Shown: positions 13,401 through 24,060 of the stretch, in pieces
Numbering within the stretch: position 1 is the stretch's first letter
Layout of the letters: the number at the start of each line of letters is the position of its first letter
DNA from: Aplysia californica
Taxonomy: Eukaryota
DNA length: 64,000 nucleotides
Assembly: GCF_000002075.1 (NCBI RefSeq)
Contig: NW_004798253.1
Location: forward strand, 57,805 to 121,804
Direction of reading: 5' to 3'
The notes under the pieces: generated by a model
Database searches by the model: none
The model's input: the letters and a program-made list of their open reading frames with translations, nothing else
What the model was told of the DNA's origin: nothing
Translations under genes and position numbers: made by a program

Positions 13401-15524
13401 GATGAAACAGGAGATGAAAGCAGATGAAAGAACATGACTGGAGAGCAGGAAAGGAAGAGAAAGGAGACCATTTTAGGTTTAGAGAATACATTTTTGCGTC
13501 ACTGTCAGGTTTCGAACCCAGGACCTATTGAAAGAGAGGCGAACACCGTACCTTTAGACCACCTGAGCTCCAAGAGGAGATTGAGGAAAAGGCTGGCATC
13601 GTGGAAAATGTATACATGGCGATTAACTGTGAATTCTGCCTAGACGCAGTTCCAACCTGTCTAAGATGTCCACCCATTGTTACGGGGAAAAGAGGTCACT
13701 TTGGACAGTGTCATTACAAATATATAAAAATGCAAGGGGGAAGGTGGGAAGTTGTCTTTTCTTTTGAACAGGGGTTGTCTTGGACAGGTGTTGATTAGAA
13801 CAGGTTTTTGACTAAATGTATTATGATGATAAAGGTATATATAGAAAAAATTCTTTGAATTCTTGGAAAAAAAACACCTTCTTGATCAGCTTTGTCCTTC
13901 CCCTTCAACTGATGATAACTGTGATCATGACTTCAAGAATCAAATCTCTGCTCTAACTGATCCATTTTCTTTCAAAGAATTGTGAGCTACGCCTCAATTT
14001 CCCTAAAAAAGGGCAACTTTTTAACTTCACCATAAAAGTGATTTTGTTATCATTTCATGAAGGGGAAAAAAATCAGCCATATTAAATTTGTTTCTTTTGT
14101 TGCATTGGTTTTTTTGGCTGTTTTTTTTTGTGTGTGTTTTGTTTTAGTACCCATTTTACAGCACTTGCAACATAGGTCATTTAAGTGCTAAAGATTTAGA
14201 GGTGTTACAAGAGAGTAAGAGAGCAACAAACACAAAAAAGAAGGAAGAGAGATTAGGGGGATAGATGTTTGATAGGAAAGAAGGAGCAAACCACACCAGA
14301 GCACCCGCCAACCACCTTGGCTTTTTCTTTTCATCGCAGCAAATCAATGAGTGAGTTAACCTCAGTTTGACAGAACTGCTCTTTGTATTTCATCATTGCC
14401 TTTCTCACCCTGCACCAGGGTACAGGCCATGAACAAACACTTTCCACCATTCTCTAATCTGGGCTAGCCTCTTGATGTTATTCCTTGTCTTCCCACTTTT
14501 CTGTACATCAATTTCTGTGATTTTTCTCCAGGTTTCACACGGTCTTCCCCTTGATCTTTTGCCCAGTGGATTCCAATTCAACACTTTCTTTGTTATGCAT
14601 CTGCCCGACTTCCTGAGAGTATGTCCAATCCATCGCCACTGCCATCTTCCTACCTCATCTCTGACTGGGATCTGTCTTGCTTTCCTCAACACTTCCTCGT
14701 CGGTGACCCTGTCTGTCTATCTGATGCTCAGTAACTTTCTCAGACACTTGTTCAAGAAAACCTGGATCCTCTTTATGAAAGCCTTTAGCTCTTTGTACTT
14801 CAGATTAAAATAATTTTTAAAAATCCCAATGAATGAGAATGTATCGACTGAGGCTCAATGTGACACACGACTGACCTTAAAGCAAGTTATCCACTGGTCT
14901 TTGGAGGATGTGAAGCCATGGACAAACAAAATGCTGGTTTTATCAGGCTGAGGTTTGTTCTTTTCACCATAGCAGAAGACAAAGTCCTCGTCTCCGACAT
15001 ACTTGATTTTCATACCCGCTGAGCGTTCTCGTAACCTGGGAGATGAACAAAAAAGGCAGGGCATTAATTTCATCAATGGTCTATTAAATAAAGACCATTT
15101 CTGACAACAGCATTCATGAGTTGGGCTGAAAGGAGTCCAAGTGCCAATGAATCAACAAAAATGAGCATTATATCCAAAAGTAATACATCTCTAAGATTCA
15201 CCATCTTTGAGAAAGGACTCTTTTTTGGTACAGGAAAAAAAACAACAGCTGTTGTATGAGCCATCTTAATGCAATTGAGACTGTTTTTGTTTTTTTATGA
15301 TATTTATCCCCACACCCTTAGCATTAGAATGTGAAAGTTTTGATTCTAAGAAAAACTCCAGGTTTTTTTTTCTTCGCCCTAAATGTGACGGGCCTTTCAT
15401 CGACTTACATTAAGAAGATCTTGACCATGTAGTTTGGGAAGACGTAAAACAAAACCAGGAAGCCACACAGACAAGGGATTGCAATTCCCAATCCAATCGA
15501 AATCAGTAGCATGAAGTAGTCCAT
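7425..15524 (-). CDS. ABHD6: ABHD6-like monoacylglycerol lipase (alpha/beta hydrolase), 8 coding exons, ~356 aa
   Basis: Exons in transcript order: 15524-15409, 15035-14876, 13362-13246, 12509-12377, 11445-11273, 9694-9640, 8931-8831, 7640-7425. All introns are GT-AG with matching phases; total 1071 nt. Start is in Kozak context accaccATGg. Motifs: N-terminal TM segment (MDYFMLLISIGLGIAIPCLCGFLVLFYVFP), HGF oxyanion motif, DLPGHG, nucleophile elbow GSSLGG, WGQDD (catalytic Asp), CGH (catalytic His). An acceptor at 15564-15565 implies at least one upstream non-coding exon. Confidence 0.88.
8525..8791 (-). mobile_element. tRNA-derived SINE
   Basis: Minus strand starts ggtggcggagtggttag (A box) ... 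gggttcgagc (B box), has a central gtaatgggtacc motif and ends in a (CTTTA)-like tail. Confidence 0.7.
8957..9095 (-). mobile_element. Family D short retroposon; other copies ~38321-38460, ~50441-50500, ~54655-54795, ~56320-56380 (+)
   Basis: 5' ggtggttggag(a/g)g(t/c)gc(c/a)actgg, pyrimidine-rich body, tail gt(t/c)gatgtgctt...ctcaaacaa. Confidence 0.6.
10036..10342 (+). mobile_element. Internally collapsed Gypsy-type LTR retrotransposon
   Basis: 5' LTR 10036-10197 (TGTAG...CCACA), PBS-like TTGGTGACCCCGAC at 10198-10211, exact 52-bp 3'-LTR remnant 10291-10342, 4-bp TSD cagt (10032-10035 / 10343-10346). Confidence 0.75.
11456..11660. repeat. (GATAA)n pentanucleotide microsatellite
   Basis: Degenerate run abutting the ABHD6 acceptor at 11446-11447. 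Confidence 0.9.
13400..13571 (-). mobile_element. Family C SINE, 5' part (tRNA head plus pyrimidine-rich segment)
   Basis: Minus strand ggagctcaggtggtctaaagg...gggttcgaaacc; homologous to 40066-40220. Confidence 0.65.
14150..14316 (-). mobile_element. Family A short retroposon
   Basis: Reverse complement of the family A consensus (ggtggttggcgggtgctctggtgtggtttgctcc ... gcaagtgctgtaaaa). Confidence 0.75.
14400..14790 (-). mobile_element. RTE-type LINE 3' fragment (decayed)
   Basis: Peptide ...WRWIGHTLRK...VLNWNPLGKRSRGRPCETWRK, typical of the RTE ORF C-terminus; in-frame stops. Confidence 0.8.
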
Positions 15525-15630
15525 GGTGGTGACTGCTATTCAACAGAGTCAACTCTTGCTCGTCTGTGAAATAAAAGGAGAATTTGTAGCGTAACTGTAC
15601 TAACGAAAAATTTAAAAATAACATTAAATA

Positions 15631-16422
15631 CAGTGTAGTCTGCTTAAACCGAAAATGGTAAATCCAGAAATGAAGGAAAATGAAATAAAATAAAATCCAT
15701 GATTTTTTTTTTCTATTTGAGAAAGCTCTTTAACGCTTACAGTACCAGAGGCTCATATAGGGAAAAACCCACAAGCTTAGAACGCTGAAGCCGTGGTATA
15801 AATTTTTTTAATTAAAAAAACTTTCGCAGCCCAAGAAACTACACTGTAAAAATTCAACCATTCAGCTATCATATAGAGTTGAGTTCCTGTAGGACTTCAG
15901 TGCAATTGGCCCGTTCATTGTTTCATTATGTTTTGCGTGCCAGGTCGAATCGGCGACTTAAGTCGCCAGCGGTAATGATCACAAACTACAGCCTGACGAC
16001 TAAAGTCATCGATGGTATTGTAAGTGTAAGTTAAATCGACTAAAGTTGCTGACAGTACTGTAAGTGTTAACTGAATCTAAACCCCGGCTAAACAGAAGAA
16101 TTGTTGCTGCCGCTTTTTCTTTCCTCTCCTTACTATCTTCATTTTTCCTCTACTTCTTTTGTATGTTTGTCACTCTCTATATCTTGTGAACTGTTATTTC
16201 TGGGGTGCCTTGATAATTGAAGCAGACTTTGTGCTGTTGAGGCTAGAGGGTTGAGCAGAGCCTGATTCCCCGTTTGGACTTCTACCTCTCTGTTGACATC
16301 CACCCCTTGACGCTCATATGACCGTATGCAGTTGTGAATACCGTAAAACCTTACTAAAAGTTAACTAAAAACAGAAGAATAAACAGTGGTCCCGCTCATT
16401 TCGGTTCAGGCAGATTCCACTG
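15631..16422. mobile_element. Tigger-like MITE containing a TTAA-flanked MITE (15734-16066) and a family B retroposon (~16100-16362)
   Basis: Outer TIR cagtgtagtctgcttaaaccgaaa / tttcggttcaggcagattccactg; inner TTAA-cgcttacagtac ... gtactgtaagtg-TTAA. Confidence 0.65.
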
Positions 16423-19344
16423 ATTCTAATTTTCATGATCTAAAGAGTTGTTATTTTCCTGCCTAAACTGCACACACATGAAATACCTGAGTTTTGAAAA
16501 GCAAAAATTTTTTGGACAAAGTTTACATATGAATTGGCTGCAAAAGCAAAATTTTTTTCAGCCCATCATTCAAAAAAAGAAAAGTTCTCTTGACATGTCA
16601 AGACACAATATGCAGTACAGCAGTGGTGGACTGGATTCAGTGAGTTGAGTGAGTTAAAACTTTGAACAATGTATTCTCCTGCAAAAGATGAATATTGGTT
16701 CGAATAAAGTGGAACCCACTTAACTGGAAGTCTGGGCAATAGCCGGATTTTCTTCAATTTAACTATAATTTCGGTTTAGAGTGAGCGCTCAATAAGCATG
16801 CACTTTAAAGGGAAGTAATCCACCCAACATAATCTAGGTATTATAATACATACTGAGTTATGTCCCTTCATTCCCGAGAAAGTTCTCATCGGCAAAACTT
16901 TAGCTTTTTTTTGTTTGGGGGGGTTAAATGATTTTTTCCCACTCTAATCTTCGTCAGTTCTATTTTTTTGTCTCAAAAGCGGGGATGAAAGATAAGTCGT
17001 TGGTATCATTTAAAAATTAAGAGATGCTTAAATATGTGCGTCTCACACAGTTTCTCCTAATCCAGCTCACCGTACCTACCTCCCCTTGGTGGTCCCTGTT
17101 TTAACTGACACACGAAGGCAAGATGTCAACTTCAACAATCCAACCCCCCATTTCCTAGAGGGGTTAAAATAACAGGATGGGAGCCGGTGTGGCCCCGAAA
17201 GGAGCAGGAGGCAAACCCAACCGATGTGTGGTGAACGCTATGCTCTTCACCAACCAAACCTCAATTCTCCTTTGAGTGGGTGTTCAATCTGCCTAGCACC
17301 CCTGCTTTGGCACTCTTCAGGAGAAGTGGTCCCGGCCTAACTCCATAGAAATTTATACACAAAATTGGAAATAAAAACGGAAGTCGAGTAAAAAAGCTGA
17401 CTGAGTTGCCAGGGTGAAAAGGCCACTGGTAAATTTATAGAAAAGGTCCAAACCCATTTTAGATTATTTTTCGGACCAATTGGAACCTTTTTTTTGTGCG
17501 CTGAGAACAATTTTCGCACAAAAAAACTCATAAACCAATTTTTTTGTGAATTCTGTCATTAATGCACTCTCTGTGGCTGAGAAGGAATCAGCCAGTTTGA
17601 GAATGTCTGTGTACAAGGATGGATCGAGCAGAATGCCTGACTTGCTCCCTAGCCATGGACCTCTTAGTAAAAGCACAAAGACCCAGGACGTGATGATCCA
17701 ATGGCTCTCCCACTTGGCCAGAACCACATGCAAAGGTGAACTGACAGCTATGGCCAGTAGTCATTGCATTGGTGACGGGGAATGTCCAGTGTGAATCTTA
17801 TCAGGACCACACGGTTACAGAGCAGTTATAAGGTCTTTCAGACTCATGAAAACCCTTGTACCCTACTATCCTCAACATGCATGGCCTCTTCTCAGGGTGG
17901 GCAAGCTGTCCACAGACACCCCAGTCCTCAATGCCATGACAAAATGAATTAAATTTCATGCCAGCTTGGATGTCACCTCGTTAAAAAAGGTCTGCAGTCT
18001 GTGCAATCACTGTGCTGCTCTGACCAACAAATCAGCTGCTGGTGATACACACAGAAACCAGTAAGTAAAAGATCTCAGAGTGAGAAGGAAGCCTTTTACA
18101 TCCCGAAAGAGAAGAAGAGTTCCCTCAACTTCTTGCAACTCAACATCCGTGGTTTGAAAAACAAGAAAATGGAACTCCAGAAAGTACCGAAGGGCAGACA
18201 GATCCATGTTGCCCTACTTCAAGAAATCATACACAAAGGATGGACCTGAACCTCACAGATACACCAGTTATGCCTGCACATGCACAGAATGCCACGGTGT
18301 AGTCATTTACCTGCAAAATGATGATCAGGGAGATGTCATACACTTACTAAACCATCTTCCCAACTGACAGATATTCAGAGGCCACCATAGGGCACATAGC
18401 AAAGAATTATGCACTTTATGTAACATTTACAGACCCTAATAGACAACATGTAACTTGTCTGATCTGCAAGCAGCCCACTGTAAAAAAAATCCCCAGATGA
18501 ACAGATGCGCCTTGGGAAAGACAGGCAGAGCAGTATGACTGCAACAAACAAAATGACAATATCAAACACCTTCACAGAAAAGAACACACCACGATCTTCT
18601 GCCTACAAACAGAACATACACAGGTCAACTTCCACTTAATAAAGCAGAATAAAAGCTGAACTTTTCCCTGCGTCCTGTGTGTGACTACACATAATATGAG
18701 ACGGGATCATCATCTTTTCTGCTGCACAGCCCTGAATGACATCAGAGCTACACTTCTCCTTCCAACTCCAAGACCTAAGAATGACTAAAAACTCAAAAAC
18801 TCTACTAATGGAACATTGCAGCAACTGCACGAAGCCTGCACTTATCACTACATGGCATTGGACAGAAGGGCAAGAGCCCACCTGTTGCTGGAAGGATAAC
18901 AACAACAGCAATAACAACTCTCCCTGTGATGATTGTCAACAGCTGGGAATGGTATGCATGCAGAAAAATGTCATTTTTTTAACAAAGTTTTTTTTTCTTA
19001 TCTACCCCTTTTAATTTGTATTTCGAGTTGCAGTGTGTATGCATTACATTGTTAGCCTGCTTAATCTGCCAAACGGCCATAAAGAACAGAGGAAAAAGCT
19101 CCACTGTATTGTGCTGTACCACAGACACAATTATAGGGCCTACATAATAATATTATATACAGGCTAGACATATGAGAGAGTGAGATGCAAAACCCACTTA
19201 GTGACATTTTCGAAAAAATCGAGATTTTTTCTTAATAAATGCACATTGTTACTGGCAATCAGATGCATAAGGTGTCAGCCAAAACCCAACACATACTTCA
19301 TGAAAGCCACCAAAAAATCTTTATTTTACACATGTTCAGCTGAA

Positions 19345-19670
19345 ATGCTGTGCCCTTGGGAAAGGCAATTAACACCAATTAAACAATAATTTTCCTCATT
19401 TCATCTAGGAGAGAATGGGTACCCTGCCATAGACAGTGAAAGATCTTGTCAAGTAAGTTAGGGTTTAGCACCTGTAAAATGGCTGCTTACACTGCATGCT
19501 TCCTAAAAATTGTTGAAATTGTTTCAGAAAGCTATCAGGTCTGCAGGGGTACTAATATATAGTAGAAGCTGTAAAGCGCACAGACCTGGCTGTTGAGTGA
19601 GAATTTGTCCGTCTATACCTATACAAAGTATTATTTTAATGACAATGTATCTATTATTATTATTATTATG
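19345..19670 (+). mobile_element. CORE-like SINE remnant
   Basis: tgtgcccttgggaaaggcaattaac ... aatgggtacc core; tail ctgtaaagcgc ... (ATT)n. Confidence 0.55.
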
Positions 19671-19729
19671 ATGATGATGACCAAAGCCTGGCACACAAAG
19701 ATGAACGAAGTCTCCACCACCACACCACC

Positions 19730-20450
19730 AGATTAAACGATGAATGTAACAACTACGACATGAAGATCAACATCAATTAAACAGAGACAATGAAAGTAAG
19801 CAGAAAGCCAAAACCACTCAGGATACACATCAAGAACAACAATCTCAGACAGGTGCAAGAATTTAAGTACCTCGGAAATATATTCACAGAGGATGGGCGA
19901 CTGAACAGAGAAATTGAAACATGAGTACAAAAGGCCAATAATGTTAGTTACCAGGTTACTCCACTACTGGAACATCCTAACATCCCCAAGACAACAAAAC
20001 TCAAAATGATCAACACCATATTCATCCCAACACTCACCTATTAATGCCAAAAATGGACCACAAACAAGACATTAGAACAAAGAATTGCAACATGCGAAAT
20101 GCGATGCCTTAGAAAAGCAGTAAACAAGATCAGGCGAGACAAAATTAAAAACTCTGTAATCCGAGAAATGGTGGGCACAAATGATGTCAAGCATCACATC
20201 CAACACCAAAGAATCAAATGGTTTGGACATCTCCTACGATTACCAACACACCATCCAGCACAACGTGCCTACATAAAAAAATTCGATGGCAACAAGGCTA
20301 GAGGGCGACAGAGAAAGACCTGGATAGATGGAGTCAGGGAAACATTAACCACCCAAGCCATCCCCCAAACCCAAGCTCTCCGGCCGGCAACAGAGAGACG
20401 TCTCTTTCTTCCCGCGACACCGAAAAGGTATAAGCGGCGCATAAAAGAAA
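19730..20450 (+). mobile_element. RTE-type LINE 3' fragment (RT C-terminal region, decayed)
   Basis: QVQEFKYLGNIFTEDGRL..., MRCLRK..., KWFGHLLR...GRQRKTW; interrupted by stops. Confidence 0.8.
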
Positions 20451-22895
20451 GAAAAGAATTATTATATGATCAAACTGTGTTTTGCACTAGTTCTAAGCCT
20501 AGAGAATTTTAAGTGGGAAGGCCCAATATGCCAGTGACCTCGTAATACACATCATGCGCTGATGAGTATGAACTAGCTTTGCAGAGACAATAATTCTTAA
20601 TTTAGTCACTAGACATGAGTGTGAAGGTATTAATGTATGTGATCAATTAGGCAAACAACATAAGTACACTGGCCATGTCTCTCTGGCCCTAAATTGATAC
20701 ATTCTCATGTCACTTTCATCTGTATTTCAATATCTTGAACTTGCCTGACTTATAGAGGGGTGCTAGTGAAGATTCAGACAACAGAAACCGAAAAATTCAT
20801 TTTGGGTTAGAAATAGCATTTTGGCTGAGCCTATAAAAGTGTTATTACGAAAACAAAGGAGAAAAAAAATCATGGATTCTATTTATAAACAATCCTTAGG
20901 ATCGTTGTTTTCGGTTTAACCTTGGTTTAACTTATTCAGCCTGCAGTGCTGCTCACAGCAGCTACACGACTGTCTCAGGTCCTGTTTTTTGTTGCAGAGC
21001 CACGCTCAGAGCGGCTCTTATCTACTGCTCCTTTTCTTCACATCACTGTCCTCTCTTTTTTTCCCTTACCATTTACATTTTTACCCTTTTTTCTGGTGCC
21101 ATTGAACAGTATCTTTTATTCTGAACACATTATAGGATTTGATAAAATTAAGATAGTTTTTTAAATTAGTTTAATTTTGGTGAGAAAACCTGCGAGGTCA
21201 CGAAGCGGTCACTAACTATTTGCATCCAGAGTCAAAATTATCTGCGGCTATCAAAAAGTCAATTCCACAATATAATCTCTGGACATAGGGTGAACTATAA
21301 TGTGACATACATGATGTGTGTAATTTTCCTGGGGAAGGAAGACTAAAAGTGGAATGAGAATAAGGAGCTGTTGAACAAGTAGACATTGAAATTATATTAT
21401 GCTGCCTTTTATGAACAAGTATATATATCACGAAAAAAGCGTACTATCCTATAGCTGTGCGCCATATATACAGGCCTACCATACGTCACGGAAGTTGGCA
21501 AAATTTGCTGCTCCTGGGTGCCTATTATTTATTATACGTTAAGTTACAAGTACTGCACGCAAATTATTTTACTCAAATTCTTCTGTACGTAGATATGGCC
21601 ACCATATATATGCACTGCATGGATTTGCATTCGGGTGTAAAAAAAGCGCATTTCGTACCAAATTTGCTTAAAGCTATTTGTCAGCGCTTGGCTTGCATGC
21701 AAGTGATTGATAAACACATGCACAGGTAGTCTTCCTCATTGCAATTAATTATTATTTATATATGCGCTCTCACAGAATGGTAACATCAAAATGACTTTGA
21801 AAAGGCCGAAAATTTCACTTTTTTAACTTAGATTAGCTTGCAAGTTTGGGGAATAGGCCTACAGTGAATGAGGATAGTATAGAAAGTGACACAATCAAAG
21901 ACCCGAGTCCGAAATATGAATCTAATATAGGAGTATGTCACTGTGGGCTTGATCTAGATTCCCAATTCCATGAACACTGAGACATGAGACTGCCATTGTG
22001 GCTAAAGAGTTTAGTTTAGCTGAGAATCAGTGCTGACCACAGGAATGCACATCCCCTGGCAGTGAAGAATGAGGGGTAATATAAAAGAAATTTAATAAAC
22101 TTGACTTAAAATTATTAAAACTTTCTACAAGACTCTTTAATTTTAAAGTGACTATTCGGACTCGAGTCCGAATAGACAAAATTATATTCGGACTCTGAAT
22201 TAAGTCCAGCACATAGATGTGCACTATGGTCCAGCATATGACGTCCTTTCCGACTTCCGACCCTTGTTCCTAAATATTTCCAGCATTTACGAAAAAATTT
22301 TCTATTTTATAGAGATAACAATCGAGACATGAGCTTTAATATCAAGTTACTAGCTATTCTAGTCTATCTATCTGGATCATTAGTTTGAACAGAACAATTA
22401 AGTTGAGTTGACCTTGCCAGTGGCAAAGTTAATTCAAGGTCGACCAAGGAGATTTGGTCGCGTAGCGACATATCGCATTCTTGGTTTGATGTGGGAAGAG
22501 GCCACTGCTGCCCATTTTGTGCGATGTCATTAAAAAAAAAAAAAATTACAGAAAAACTATAACACACAACAAAATGATATTAAACATGTGGAAAGACAAA
22601 TGGTGGTGGAAGTCATGATGATGCTGTAATGGTGGTGGAAACACCATGAATGATGAGTTGTTGGTTACCATGTACTTAAACACTGCAGGGTAGATCTAAT
22701 GAGAGTGAAGTCTTTTGACTTTTGACACAATACACAGTCCTTGTAGGCAACTCAAGTTCTAATTCCGGTTTTACATAAAATCCCTCGACGACAAATGTAA
22801 CCTCCTTACACTCAAATCTAATAGGCCTGACTCACTTTGAAGCTGAGTCCGAATAAATAAAACATTTTTATCGGACCAGAGTCCGAATAGATAAA

Positions 22896-23023
22896 GGTAG
22901 AGTGTCAATTGCCACCGAGTGACTGTCAATTGCCACTGAGTAAATTGGAGCTCTTTTGCGTTGGTGGGTAGATCAAGCTTGTTGTGCTCGAGTGCTCGGT
23001 GTTGTGCGTTTGCCTCTCTGTCC

Positions 23024-23068
<45 letters not shown>

Positions 23069-23437
23069 TTTTTCTGACCCCCGTCCCCCGATTTATGTTC
23101 CCCGATATAACGTGAATTTCTGCTTGAGTTTGTGTGCGTTTGTAACCTTCTACTTCTAAAATTGCCGGTGTTGGTTCTACATCAACGTGTAGGCTAAGGC
23201 TAGCCTAGATCTAGGCCTATGTCTCATTGAAAACAGGCCAAGTTGGTACCGTAGCTCTGGACTAGATGCTCGTCCAATGAAATTATTGAGAACAAATTGA
23301 CTCATTAGACACACATTATGTACAAAGCTAAAGATAGTGTTGTTTTCAGACTTGACACCGCTTCACTCGGTGGCAATTGACAAAAAGTCAATTTTTTTCT
23401 ATTGCCACCGCGTCACTCGGTGGCAATTGACGCTACC
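22896..23437. mobile_element. Mutator-like non-autonomous element, nested in an older element with GAGTCCGAATA repeats (~21900-23516)
   Basis: TIR ggtag(ag)tgtcaattgccaccgagtgac / gtcactcggtggcaattgacgctacc; 9-bp TSD atagataaa (22887-22895 / 23438-23446). Confidence 0.75.
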
Positions 23438-23564
23438 ATAGATAAAACCCATATTCAGACTCGAGTCCGAATAGATAAAAATTATATTTAGACTCGAGTC
23501 CGAATAGAGCTGGCCCTTTAATTAGCAGCTTCTCCTATCCGTGCTCGTGTAATCATTACCAGAC

Positions 23565-24051
23565 GAAAGTGGCTATTCTCACCCGCCCGGAAGTTCTCGC
23601 AAGATCAACTCCTCCCCTCTTCTCTCTCTCTCTGTCTCTTTCTGAATACTGTCTATCGGTGTGGACGATCAAATTGACCAAAACAAAGTTAAAAAATGAT
23701 GTTAAAACACAAAAGTAAATAAATTTGGTTGTCTACAAAGATGCTACGGCTATTTAACTTTTCGAATCGAGCCGAACTACGCGGGTCGCCATTTTGTTTT
23801 GCCCGAAAATTCTCGCGCTACTCCTCTCTCTCTTTCTCTCCACTGCCCACAGACAAAATTGTACGCTTTTAGTAAGCTACAGTTGTAATGGAACGTTTGT
23901 TCACGGCACAGAATTCTACAATTTTTCTGTTATCACAGTGTAGAATTCTGTGGTTTAGGGTGAACGCAAAATTTGGTGAACGCGCACTGGGTGAGAATAG
24001 CCACAAGACTCGCCTGCACTATTCTCACTCTGGGTGAGAATAGAGGTGGCC
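23565..24051 (+). mobile_element. Mutator-like non-autonomous element, copy 1
   Basis: gaaagtggctattctcaccc ... gggtgagaatagaggtggcc; 9-bp TSD ttaccagac (23556-23564 / 24052-24060). Confidence 0.75.
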
Positions 24052-24060
24052 TTACCAGAC

